From positions 8,025-72,024 of the forward strand of contig CAZOZN010000002.1 of assembly GCA_964584335.1 (NCBI GenBank): DNA of 64,000 nucleotides, given 5' to 3'. Position 1 is the stretch's first letter; each line of letters opens with the position of its first letter. Below are positions 18,451 to 27,370 of the stretch, piece after piece. Source of the DNA: an uncultured archaeon (GTDB taxonomy: Archaea > Aenigmatarchaeota > Aenigmatarchaeia > PWEA01 > JAGHBM01). The notes under the pieces were generated by a model. That model had not been told where the DNA came from. It saw only the letters and a program-made list of their open reading frames with translations, and did no database searches. The position numbers and the translations under genes are program-made.

Positions 18451-18975
18451 ATGAAAACAACTCAGCCAAGAAAACAAAGAAAAAGATTGTACAACATGCC
18501 AATTCATCAAAGGCATAAATTGATAAATGTTGGTCTGAGTGAAAATCTAAGAAAGAAATTCAACAGAAGAAATATGGCAATAAGAAAAGGAGATAAGGTA
18601 GAAGTAATGAGAGGGGAATTCAAGGGAACAAAAAGTATCGTAAATAAAGTTGACCTTAGAAACTTAAAAATAATATTAGATGAAGTCAAGAGAAGCAAGA
18701 CCGACGGAACCGAAGTAAGAATACCGGTTCATCCATCAAATTTAAGATTAATAGAACCAGACATGACAGACAAAAAAAGACAGAAAGTAGTAAAAAGAGT
18801 TAAAGGAGAATTCGAAGTTAAAAAACCCAAACCAAAGAAGAAAAAGGAAAAGAAAGAAGTAAAGAAAAAAGATGAAGGTATTAAATGCCCGGTTTGTGGT
18901 AAGAAGTTTGAAAACAAGAAAGATTTGAATACTCACGTAGAGAAAGATCATAAACAATTCAGAAAAGGTGAATAA
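18451..18975 (+). CDS. rpl24: Ribosomal protein uL24 (KOW) with C-terminal Lys-rich extension carrying a classical C2H2 zinc finger.
   Basis: KOW region IRKGDKVEVMRGEFKGTKSIVNKVD; C-terminal KCPVCGKKFENKKDLNTHVEKDH fits C-x2-C-x12-H-x4-H. Confidence 0.85.
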   Translation: MKTTQPRKQRKRLYNMPIHQRHKLINVGLSENLRKKFNRRNMAIRKGDKVEVMRGEFKGTKSIVNKVDLRNLKIILDEVKRSKTDGTEVRIPVHPSNLRLIEPDMTDKKRQKVVKRVKGEFEVKKPKPKKKKEKKEVKKKDEGIKCPVCGKKFENKKDLNTHVEKDHKQFRKGE

Positions 18976-19668
18976 ATGCATCAAAAAAGATTATCAGCAC
19001 CAAAAAGTTACCCAATAAAAAGAAAATTAAATAAAAGGTTCTTGGTATGTCCTAGACCGGGCCCTCATCCAAAAAACAACTGTATAACTCTTTTATCGGT
19101 TTTAAGAGACATGCTTGAGTACTGTGAAAACTCCAGAGAGGCCAGATATACAATAAAATTGGGTAAAGTAATGGTAGACGGAAAAACTAGAAAAGACCTG
19201 AAATATCCTGTAGGAATTTTCGACATAATAACATTACCCGAAATAAAGGAGAGCTACATCGTTGTATCGGGAGAAAAATATCTTAAATTATTGAAAACTG
19301 ATAAAAAATCAAAAATTTGCAGAATAGAAAACAAGACAAAGATAAAGGGAGGTAAGACTCAGCTAAATCTTCATGATGGTAAAAATTTAATAGTAGATAA
19401 AGACCGGTACAAGACTAAAGATTCTTTGGTTTTGGAATTACCAAACTTAAAAATAGAGAAACATCTAAAGAGAAAAGAAAATTCATTGTGTCTTATAATA
19501 AAAGGAAGTAACATGGGTAAGATTGGGAAAATTAAAGATATTAAAAAAACACCGGGTTCAAAACCTAACATGGCTTCCATAGAGATTAATCAGAAAACGG
19601 TTGATATACCGGAAAAATTTGTTTTTGTTATAGGAGAAAAAACCCCCGAAATAAAGATAAGTGATTAG
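18976..19668 (+). CDS. rps4e: Ribosomal protein eS4.
   Basis: HQKRLSAPKSYPIKRK...FLVCPRPGPHP is the eS4 N-terminus. Confidence 0.9.
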   Translation: MHQKRLSAPKSYPIKRKLNKRFLVCPRPGPHPKNNCITLLSVLRDMLEYCENSREARYTIKLGKVMVDGKTRKDLKYPVGIFDIITLPEIKESYIVVSGEKYLKLLKTDKKSKICRIENKTKIKGGKTQLNLHDGKNLIVDKDRYKTKDSLVLELPNLKIEKHLKRKENSLCLIIKGSNMGKIGKIKDIKKTPGSKPNMASIEINQKTVDIPEKFVFVIGEKTPEIKISD

Positions 19669-20179
19669 TATGAAAGAAAATCCAATGAGAAAAATCACAA
19701 TAGAGAAAGTCACCTTAAATATAGGCATAGGTGAATCTGGAGAAAAACTTGAAAAAGCGAAAAAATTACTTGAAAACTTCACTGGGAAAAAGGTAGTGTT
19801 AACAAAAGCAAAAAAAAGAAACACTTTCGGTTCATCAAAGGGAAAGAAAATAGGAGCAAAAGTAACTCTGAGAGATGAGAAAGCGATAGAAATACTTAAG
19901 AAAGTTTTGGAAGCAAAAGAAATGAAGCTAAAAGAAAGGTGTTTCGATAAAAACGGTAATTTCTCTTTCGGAATACACGAACATATAGACATACCGGGTG
20001 TGAAATACGACCCCAAGATAGGGATATATGGAATGGATATATGCGTTACGCTTCAGAGACCGGGTTTCAGCATAAAAAGAAAGAAAATAAACAAAAAAAT
20101 CGGAAAAACCCACAAGATAAAAAAAGAAGATGCAATGGATTTCGCTAATAAAAAACTAGGAATTGACGTGATAAAATGA
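19661..20179 (+). CDS. rpl5: Ribosomal protein uL5.
   Basis: [24 protein letters not shown] is the L5 N-terminus; operon position. Confidence 0.9.
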   Translation: MISMKENPMRKITIEKVTLNIGIGESGEKLEKAKKLLENFTGKKVVLTKAKKRNTFGSSKGKKIGAKVTLRDEKAIEILKKVLEAKEMKLKERCFDKNGNFSFGIHEHIDIPGVKYDPKIGIYGMDICVTLQRPGFSIKRKKINKKIGKTHKIKKEDAMDFANKKLGIDVIK

Positions 20180-20328
20180 AAAATGATGATATCAAAAAAA
20201 ATAAACCAAAATCAAGGAAATGTGCAAGATGTGGGAGGCACGGAGCACTAATAAGAAAATATGGCCTTTGCTATTGCAGGCACTGCTTCAGAGAAATAGC
20301 AGAAGAAATTGGGTTTAAAAAATATTAA
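20176..20328 (+). CDS. rps14: Ribosomal protein uS14 (Zn-type, ~50 aa); below the ORF-track length cut-off.
   Basis: Manual translation: [50 protein letters not shown] with the C-x2-C...C-x2-C S14 Zn motif; ATGA overlap with the L5 stop. Confidence 0.8.
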   Translation: MKNDDIKKNKPKSRKCARCGRHGALIRKYGLCYCRHCFREIAEEIGFKKY

Positions 20329-20340
20329 AGGTGATAAAGA

Positions 20341-20715
20341 ATGCGCCATGACAATCTAGCAGACTTTTTTTCAGCAATGAAGAACGCTGAAATGGTAGGT
20401 AAAGGTATATGTTTTGCACCTGTATCGGGTTTAATAAAAAATGTACTCGAAGTAATAAAGAATAATAATTATATAAAAGATTTTAATCAAGAAGGCAAGA
20501 GATTTAAAATAGAACTCAACCATAAGATAAATGACTGTAATGTAATAAAACCTAGATTCTCTTTCAAGAAGGACGAACTCAAAAAATGGGAAAAAAGATT
20601 CCTGCCATCTACAGATTTTGGTATAATAATTGTAACAACACCTAAAGGAGTCATGACTCACGAAAAAGCAAGGAAAGAAAATATAGGAGGAAAACTGCTT
20701 GGTTACGTGTACTAG
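20341..20715 (+). CDS. rps8: Ribosomal protein uS8.
   Basis: DNLADFFSAMKNAEMVGK...GIIIVTTPKGVMTHEKARKENIGGKLLGYVY is S8. Confidence 0.9.
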   Translation: MRHDNLADFFSAMKNAEMVGKGICFAPVSGLIKNVLEVIKNNNYIKDFNQEGKRFKIELNHKINDCNVIKPRFSFKKDELKKWEKRFLPSTDFGIIIVTTPKGVMTHEKARKENIGGKLLGYVY

Positions 20716-21264
20716 GTGAATATAATGAAAAAAGAAATGAACATACCCAAAGGAATTGAAACAGAATTAAAAGAAGACTTATTAACAGTTAAAGGTGGGA
20801 ATGGTGAAATAACAAAAAAATTCTATTATCCGAAACTTGAAATCAAAAAATCGGGAGATAAAATAATAATAAAGTCAAAAGACGAAAAAAAGAAGACAAA
20901 GGCGATAATAGGAACATGGTCATCCATTATAGAAAATATGTTCAAAGGGGTTGAGAGATTTTACGAATATAAAATGAAAATATCTCATGTTCATTTTCCA
21001 ATGAACGTTTCTGTTGAAGGAAATAAAGTCATAATTAAGAACTTCCTTGGTCAGAAAAATGATAGATATGCAAAGATAGTAGAAGGTGTTGAAGTAAAGA
21101 TAAACGGCGAAGACGTGATAATAAAAGGTATAGATAAAGAAAAAGTTGGTCAAACGGCTGCTAACATAGAAAAATCAACAAGTTTAAAAACAAGAAGAGA
21201 TAGAAGAGTTTTTTCTGATGGTATATATATAACACTAAAAGACAGGGGTGAAGAAGATGAATAA
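20716..21264 (+). CDS. rpl6: Ribosomal protein uL6.
   Basis: Two-domain L6 pattern (LTVKGGNGEITKK...; SHVHFPMNVSVEGNKVIIKNFLGQK). Confidence 0.9.
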   Translation: MNIMKKEMNIPKGIETELKEDLLTVKGGNGEITKKFYYPKLEIKKSGDKIIIKSKDEKKKTKAIIGTWSSIIENMFKGVERFYEYKMKISHVHFPMNVSVEGNKVIIKNFLGQKNDRYAKIVEGVEVKINGEDVIIKGIDKEKVGQTAANIEKSTSLKTRRDRRVFSDGIYITLKDRGEEDE

Positions 21265-21598
21265 AAAATACAGAAGGCATCCTGAACTTAAAAAACTCGG
21301 AGAAAAATGGAGAAAACCGAAGACCAGAACAAACAAAATAAGAAGAAAACTAAAAGGCAAAAAACCGATGCCTTTGATAGGTAGCGGATCACCTAAAAAA
21401 GAAAGAAATAGGCACCCTTCTGGTTTATTTGAAATAAGAGTGTCAAATCCAAAGGAACTTGATGAAGTAGACAAAAAAACAGAATGTGTTAGAATATCCG
21501 GCAGTGTTGGTAATAAAAAGAAAATTATTATAACAAAAGAAGCGAATAAAATGGGAATAAAAGTTTTGAATCCTAAATTGAGGGTGGTTAATAAATGA
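21248..21598 (+). CDS. rpl32e: Ribosomal protein eL32.
   Basis: KKYRRHPELKKLGEKWRKPKTRTNKIRRKLKGK is the eL32 N-terminus; canonical position. Confidence 0.85.
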   Translation: MKKMNKKYRRHPELKKLGEKWRKPKTRTNKIRRKLKGKKPMPLIGSGSPKKERNRHPSGLFEIRVSNPKELDEVDKKTECVRISGSVGNKKKIIITKEANKMGIKVLNPKLRVVNK

Positions 21599-21780
21599 TA
21601 AGTCTAGCTAAAAAAAGCGAGAATTGTCCTTTATGTGGCAATTTGGGTAAAAATTTTGATGTAGAAAAGGATAGTCTAAAAAATTGTCCTATATGCGGGA
21701 CAGTATTTAATGAATTTGGAATAATATTGACTCAAGAAATGGACGATGAAATGTTAAAAAACAGAATAGAAAACAACTAA
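21595..21780 (+). CDS. Small zinc-ribbon protein (CPLCG...CPICG) inserted between rpl32e and rpl19e.
   Basis: 61 aa with two CxxC pairs; ATGA overlap with the L32e stop; ends 10 nt before L19e. Confidence 0.4.
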   Translation: MISLAKKSENCPLCGNLGKNFDVEKDSLKNCPICGTVFNEFGIILTQEMDDEMLKNRIENN

Positions 21781-21789
21781 TGTGTTACT

Positions 21790-22248
21790 ATGGATATAAA
21801 AAACAAGACCAAAATGGCAGCAAGCATACTGAAATGTGGAATTAAAAAAGTTTGGATAGACCCGAACGAAATGGAAGAGGTGTCTAAAGCCATAACAAAG
21901 GCGGATATAAGAAATCTAATAAAAAAGGGTATAATTAAAAAAAGGTCGCTTAACGAACAAAGCAGAGGCAGGGCAAGGAAGATATTAAGGCAAAAAAAAC
22001 TAGGTAGAAGAAAAGGAAGAGGAAAAAAGAAAGGAAAGAAACTCTCAAAGACTACAAAAAAGAAGGAATGGATAAAAACAATAAGACCGCTCAGAAAAAA
22101 GCTAAAAGAACTAAGAGACTCTGGTAGTATAGACAAAAACCAATATAGAAAACTCTATTTAATGGCAAAGGGTGGCAGGTTCAAAAACAAATCAAATTTA
22201 AATCTTTACATAAAAAACAACATTGGAGTCAAACAAGAAAATAAGTGA
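21790..22248 (+). CDS. rpl19e: Ribosomal protein eL19.
   Basis: AASILKCGIKKVWIDPNEMEEVSKAITKADIRNLIKKGIIKKR is eL19. Confidence 0.9.
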   Translation: MDIKNKTKMAASILKCGIKKVWIDPNEMEEVSKAITKADIRNLIKKGIIKKRSLNEQSRGRARKILRQKKLGRRKGRGKKKGKKLSKTTKKKEWIKTIRPLRKKLKELRDSGSIDKNQYRKLYLMAKGGRFKNKSNLNLYIKNNIGVKQENK

Positions 22249-22744
22249 TTTTATGAGAAAAAAATACAAAATGCCCCACAAAAGAAGAAGACTAAAGAGA
22301 ACTAACTATAAATTAAGACTTGGTCTGCTCAAGAGCAGTAAAAGCAGGCTTGTTATAAGAAAATCAAACAAGCATATAATGGGGCAAATAGTAAAATATG
22401 AAAAAAACGGAGACAAAACAATAATCTCAGCTCATAGTATTATGTTGAAAAAGCTTGGATGGGAAAAAAACTGCAGTAATGTTCCAGCTGCCTACCTGAC
22501 AGGTTTTTTCTTGGGAAAGAAAGCAAAAGAAAAAAATATAAACGAGGCTGTCTTGGATTTGGGGCTTCAAAATAACACAAAAGGTAATAGAATATATGCC
22601 TTCCTAAAGGGAGCTCTAGATGCCGGGTTGAAAATAAATCATTCAAAGGATGTAATACCAAAAGAAGAAAGAATATCAGGTGAACACATAAACAAAGATA
22701 TAGTAAAAGAATTCGAGGCATTAAAGAATAAAATAATAAAGTGA
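22223..22744 (+). CDS. rpl18: Ribosomal protein uL18 (true start possibly ATG ~22253).
   Basis: RRRLKRTNYKLRLGLLKSSKSRLVIRKSNKHIMGQIV is the archaeal L18 N-terminus. Confidence 0.85.
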   Translation: MESNKKISDFMRKKYKMPHKRRRLKRTNYKLRLGLLKSSKSRLVIRKSNKHIMGQIVKYEKNGDKTIISAHSIMLKKLGWEKNCSNVPAAYLTGFFLGKKAKEKNINEAVLDLGLQNNTKGNRIYAFLKGALDAGLKINHSKDVIPKEERISGEHINKDIVKEFEALKNKIIK

Positions 22745-23430
22745 TTTTTATGAAGAGGAAAAAAGAAAATAGAGAATCTTACACAAACATAGAAGAATGG
22801 GTTCCTAAGACGAAGTTAGGTAAAGACGTAATAGAAGGCAAAGTAACTTCAATGGAACAAATATTTGAAGAAGGAAGAAAAATTATGGAGCCTGAAATAG
22901 TAGACTTTTTACTGCCAGGCATAGAACACGAACTAATATTGATAGGAGGTAGTCCGGGTAAAGGCGGTGGAAAAAGAAGAACACCAGGAAAAAGAACCGC
23001 AAGAATGCACAAAAGTGGAAGAAGGTTCAGCAACACATGCCTTGTCGTAGCAGGAAACAAAGACGGTTTTGTAGGAATCGGTATAGATAAAGCACCGGAC
23101 TTCAGGGAAGCTCTTAATAAGGCTCTAAATAAAGCAAAAATAAACATAATACCCATAAAAAGAGGTTGCGGTAGCTGGGAATGTGGCTGTAAAACCGAAC
23201 ACTCAATACCATTTGAAGTAAGAGGTAAACAGGGCAGTTCAATAGCTTTATTAAAACCTGCACCAAAAGGTCTTGGGTTATGTGTATCAGACAGTGTAAA
23301 GAAAGTTATGATACTAGCAGGAATAAAAGATTTGTGGATAAAATCATATGGAAAGACAAGAACAAGGACAAATTTCATAAAAGCTGTTTTTAATGCATTA
23401 AAGAAAATAAACACAATAAAATCGGATTGA
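22741..23430 (+). CDS. rps5: Ribosomal protein uS5.
   Basis: S5 dsRBD plus C-terminal domain (VVAGNKDGFVGIGIDKAPDFREAL...). Confidence 0.9.
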   Translation: MIFMKRKKENRESYTNIEEWVPKTKLGKDVIEGKVTSMEQIFEEGRKIMEPEIVDFLLPGIEHELILIGGSPGKGGGKRRTPGKRTARMHKSGRRFSNTCLVVAGNKDGFVGIGIDKAPDFREALNKALNKAKINIIPIKRGCGSWECGCKTEHSIPFEVRGKQGSSIALLKPAPKGLGLCVSDSVKKVMILAGIKDLWIKSYGKTRTRTNFIKAVFNALKKINTIKSD

Positions 23431-23434
23431 TAAT

Positions 23435-23878
23435 ATGTTGGCAATAATAAGAATAAGGGGTAATGTAGGAGTAAAAAAAGATATAAGGGACACTTTAGAA
23501 ATGCTTAATCTTAAAAAAGTAAACACATGCACAATAATACCAGAAACGCCAAATTACTTAGGCATGCTTAAAAAAGTTAAAGACTTCGTTACCTGGGGAA
23601 CAGTTTCAAAGGATAACTTGAAAAAACTCATTGAGAAGAGAGGGTTTAGCAAGAAAAACGAGAAAATAACAGAAGAATTTCTTAAAGAAAACAAATTAAA
23701 AATAGAAGAAATTATTGAAAATTTTGATAAAAACAAAAAAGAGAAAACAATAAAGCCTTATTTTAGATTAACGCCTCCAAGCAAAGGATTTAAAAAATCT
23801 ATAAAGCAGCATTATCCAAAAGGAGCGCTTGGTAACAGAAAAGAAGAGATAAATGAACTTTTAAAAAAGATGATGTGA
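23435..23878 (+). CDS. rpl30: Ribosomal protein uL30.
   Basis: LAIIRIRGNVGVKKDIRDTLEMLNLKKVNTC is L30 ferredoxin-like. Confidence 0.85.
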   Translation: MLAIIRIRGNVGVKKDIRDTLEMLNLKKVNTCTIIPETPNYLGMLKKVKDFVTWGTVSKDNLKKLIEKRGFSKKNEKITEEFLKENKLKIEEIIENFDKNKKEKTIKPYFRLTPPSKGFKKSIKQHYPKGALGNRKEEINELLKKMM

Positions 23879-23882
23879 TTTT

Positions 23883-24323
23883 ATGGGTAAAAAAAGAACA
23901 AAAAAAATGAGGGGTAAGAAAACTTTCGGATACGGCAGCAAGAAAAAACATAGAGGAGCAGGAAGCCGTGGTGGAAGAGGAATGGCAGGAATTTTCAAGC
24001 ACAAAAAATTAAAGATTATAAAAGAAAACCCGGAACATTATGGCAAAAAGGGTTTCAAGAAAAAAAACAAAAGGTCCATAAAATCAATAAACCTAAAGAA
24101 AATTGACGAAATGTCCAGAAAACTTGATAAGAATAAAATAGACCTTTCTGAAATGGGTTACGACAAAGTTTTAGGAAGTGGAAAAATTACTAAAAAACTT
24201 GAGATAAAAGCTAATTTCTTCTCAAAGAAAGCAATGGAAAAAATAGAGAACGCGGGTGGAAAAATTATAGAACCTTCCAAAAAGGAAGAAAACAAAGAAA
24301 AAAAGAACGAATCAAAAAAATAA
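23883..24323 (+). CDS. rpl15: Ribosomal protein uL15.
   Basis: KKHRGAGSRGGRGMAG is the L15 glycine-rich motif. Confidence 0.85.
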   Translation: MGKKRTKKMRGKKTFGYGSKKKHRGAGSRGGRGMAGIFKHKKLKIIKENPEHYGKKGFKKKNKRSIKSINLKKIDEMSRKLDKNKIDLSEMGYDKVLGSGKITKKLEIKANFFSKKAMEKIENAGGKIIEPSKKEENKEKKNESKK

Positions 24324-24425
24324 TTCCTTAACTAAAAACAAAAGCTATTTATTTATTAAAATTTTTTCTTACATTAAAGGATTTATAAATCTTTCGAACA
24401 AAATATAAAGGTTGTGTGATTAAAA

Positions 24426-25805
24426 ATGGGAATAGACTATATAGGACTGATGAGGTTTTTGCCTGGTGTTCAGAAGCCAGATAAAAGACTAAACTTCAAG
24501 CAAAAACTAAAATGGACCGGTTTAATACTGGTGCTGTTCTTTGTAATGAGTCAGATAATAGTATGGGGAGTAGACGTAAATGCAGTACAACATTTCATGT
24601 TCTTAGAAACTGTTCTTGGTTCAAGCATGGGTTCTTTGGTTACTCTTGGTATAGGTCCCATAGTAACCGCATCTATAATTCTGCAACTTTTGGTAGGAAG
24701 CGGTATACTTAACTGGGATACTCACACAAAAGAAGGAAAAATGAGATTTATGGGAACACAGAAAATATTAGCAATATTCTTCTGTTTCTTTGAAGCCATA
24801 GCTTTTGTAGTGTTTGGTGCAATACCAGCAGCAGGAGGTCAGTTTGTGATGTTAGCTTTAATACTACAGTTAGCAGCTGGTGGAATACTAGTTATGTTGA
24901 TGGACGAAGTTGTTTCAAAGTGGGGTATAGGTTCCGGTGTATCTTTATTCATTGCAGCAGGTGTATCAAAGACCATAATAATAAGAACACTGAGCTTCAT
25001 CGGTGAAGGAAGCCCCGTAGGTGCGATACCATCAGCCATAATAAGCGCAATGGCAGGAAGGCCGGAAGCATCTTTGATAAGTCTTATACCATTATTTTTC
25101 ACGATAATAGTATTCATTATAGTCGGTTATGCTCAACTCATGAAAGTAGAGATACCTTTGACAATGGGCCGGGTTAGAGGTTTTGGATACAGACATCCTT
25201 TAAAGTTCATATACGCATCAAATATTCCTGTAATATTGACCTCAGCGCTTCTTGCAAACATGGAAATATTCTCAAGAATGCTGCATAGTAGGGGATTCTC
25301 ACTTTTAGGCACTTTTGATGCAGAAGGACAGATAATAGGGGGACTTATATACTACTTATCTCCCCCAAGGTCTAACACAATATCAAATATTGTAGTTTCC
25401 ACTATTTCAGGAGTATCAATACCGCCGGCGGCATTTACATGGATAACATACACTCTCTTTATGGTTATAGGCTCAATAATATTCTCTGTATTCTGGATAT
25501 CAACCACGGGCATGGACTCAAAGAGTGTGGCAAAACAGTTACACGGTATGGGATTGGGTATACCTGGTTTCAGAAGAGATATTAGAATAATAGAGAAAAT
25601 ATTGGACAGATACATACTTGCATTGTCCATAATGGGTGGTATTTTCGTAGGTCTTTTAGCATCTTTCGCAGATTTTGCGGGGGCATTCGGGTCAGGTACA
25701 GGTATACTTCTTACCGTAATGATAATATTCAATTTCTATGAACAGATAACTCAACAACACATGGAGGATATGAATCCTTCTGTTAGAAAATTCCTAGGAA
25801 AATAA
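24426..25805 (+). CDS. secY: Preprotein translocase SecY.
   Basis: 10-TM profile; conserved SecY segments (TLGIGPIVTASIILQLL, plug and hinge regions); end of the ribosomal operon. Confidence 0.95.
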   Translation: MGIDYIGLMRFLPGVQKPDKRLNFKQKLKWTGLILVLFFVMSQIIVWGVDVNAVQHFMFLETVLGSSMGSLVTLGIGPIVTASIILQLLVGSGILNWDTHTKEGKMRFMGTQKILAIFFCFFEAIAFVVFGAIPAAGGQFVMLALILQLAAGGILVMLMDEVVSKWGIGSGVSLFIAAGVSKTIIIRTLSFIGEGSPVGAIPSAIISAMAGRPEASLISLIPLFFTIIVFIIVGYAQLMKVEIPLTMGRVRGFGYRHPLKFIYASNIPVILTSALLANMEIFSRMLHSRGFSLLGTFDAEGQIIGGLIYYLSPPRSNTISNIVVSTISGVSIPPAAFTWITYTLFMVIGSIIFSVFWISTTGMDSKSVAKQLHGMGLGIPGFRRDIRIIEKILDRYILALSIMGGIFVGLLASFADFAGAFGSGTGILLTVMIIFNFYEQITQQHMEDMNPSVRKFLGK

Positions 25806-25808
25806 AAT

Positions 25809-26627
25809 TTATTTCTTCTTTTTCTTGGTCTTCTTCTTTTTATGTTTTCTTTTTGAAACTTTTTTACTTATCGATAAGTAAAAGTTTACTTGAGAAGAAT
25901 AGGAAAACAATCCAGTATAACTAGTAAACAAGATTTGTACCAGGGAAAAAATAAAAATTTCTCTACCAGTAAAATATGAATACAATGCTTCTGGAACAGA
26001 ACCGATAAAACTAATTAAAAGCATAAACATAATCAAAACAATCCAAAAAACAAAAGTTACTGATTTGTTCACTTTTATTAGGTCAAAGCTCTTCTTTAAA
26101 GAATCCAAAGGATTCTTTTTCTCCAACAAGCAAACCACTGGAGACAAGAAAATAAAGAAACCTATTATAAATAAACTAATAAGACCGATTATTATACCAA
26201 AAATTACAGAAAAATTATTCGAAAGACCAAACAAAGCAGGCAAAAAGAACAGCCCAACAAAAAATAAAAATGAAATTAACATTATAGCTAAAATTAAAAT
26301 TTGAGTTATCAAGAAAGGAAAATACCTCTCCTTGGCTGCCTTATAAGATTTACCTAGATTAAAGTATTTCATATTTTTAAAATATTTTGAAGAATTGTGA
26401 AAATAAAAAACAGCCAAGAAATTACTAACAAAAAAAGAAACAATCCATAAAGGAACAAAAATATACATCAATGACTTGAATTCGGAAAAAGTAAGCGCAC
26501 CGTTTCCAGGAGGAGCAAAAAACAAAGTAGGCAAAGTTACAAAAAAATTGTAAACAAAAATTATAGAAAAAATCCTATAATTTAATGGATATCTAAATGC
26601 TCTACCAAAAATCTTTCCAAAATCCAT
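25809..26627 (-). CDS. Polytopic membrane protein with poly-Lys C-terminus, unknown function.
   Basis: 272 aa, >=6 hydrophobic helices, KRKHKKKKTKKKKK tail. Occupies the position where adk is usually found after secY. Confidence 0.4.
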   Translation of the reverse strand: MDFGKIFGRAFRYPLNYRIFSIIFVYNFFVTLPTLFFAPPGNGALTFSEFKSLMYIFVPLWIVSFFVSNFLAVFYFHNSSKYFKNMKYFNLGKSYKAAKERYFPFLITQILILAIMLISFLFFVGLFFLPALFGLSNNFSVIFGIIIGLISLFIIGFFIFLSPVVCLLEKKNPLDSLKKSFDLIKVNKSVTFVFWIVLIMFMLLISFIGSVPEALYSYFTGREIFIFSLVQILFTSYTGLFSYSSQVNFYLSISKKVSKRKHKKKKTKKKKK

Positions 26628-26696
26628 ATTTATTATTTAAAATATTTTTATATAAAGTTAAAATCTTTTTAAAGATAAAAAAATAAAGGGTTAAGT

Positions 26697-27338
26697 ATGA
26701 TTGAATTAGTAAATCCGATGATAACTGTCTTAGTTATAAGCATTACTGTATCGTTAATTTTATCTCTAATTTACAAATTTTTAACAGACCAAAAAGAGCT
26801 AAAAAAATTAAACGAAGATATAAAGGAAATGAACTCAGAACTGAAGGAAGCACAAAAGAACAAAAACCAGAAAGAACTGATGAAACTACAAAGCAAAATG
26901 ATGGAACTCAACAGCAAAAAAATGAAAAGTAGTATGAAACCGATGATGCTATCCTTTATTGTAATTATACCAATATTCGTTTTTCTGCTACCATCATTAT
27001 ATGGAGATTTAAACGTAGAACTTGACGAATCTTTAAGCGGGACCATAGAATTTGATGGAACTCAAAAGAATGTTAGGATAATGGAAGAAGATCCGATAAA
27101 GATAAAAATAGACGGAGAGGAAATAACAAAAGAAGAAGCATTTGAGTTAAAAAATGAGGAATTTCTTTTCAAAGATTATGACGATGGCAAAAAAACCGTA
27201 TCATTCAAAAGGGTTATAATTGAGCTTCCTTTTTCTATGCCTATTTGGGGGTCTAAAATTGGATGGCTGGGTTGGTATATACTGGTTTCCCTGTCAATGA
27301 CAACAATATTCAGGAAAGCGCTTGGTGTGGTGCAGTAA
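26697..27338 (+). CDS. DUF106-family archaeal Oxa1/YidC-like membrane protein with an inserted soluble segment.
   Basis: TM1, then a K/E coiled coil, then TM2 (MMLSFIVIIPIFVFL), then a final TM with the conserved GW...YIL motif (IGWLGWYILVSLS). Canonical neighbour of secY in archaea. Confidence 0.5.
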   Translation: MIELVNPMITVLVISITVSLILSLIYKFLTDQKELKKLNEDIKEMNSELKEAQKNKNQKELMKLQSKMMELNSKKMKSSMKPMMLSFIVIIPIFVFLLPSLYGDLNVELDESLSGTIEFDGTQKNVRIMEEDPIKIKIDGEEITKEEAFELKNEEFLFKDYDDGKKTVSFKRVIIELPFSMPIWGSKIGWLGWYILVSLSMTTIFRKALGVVQ

Positions 27339-27370
27339 AAACTTAAATTAATAAAAACTACTTATTCATT

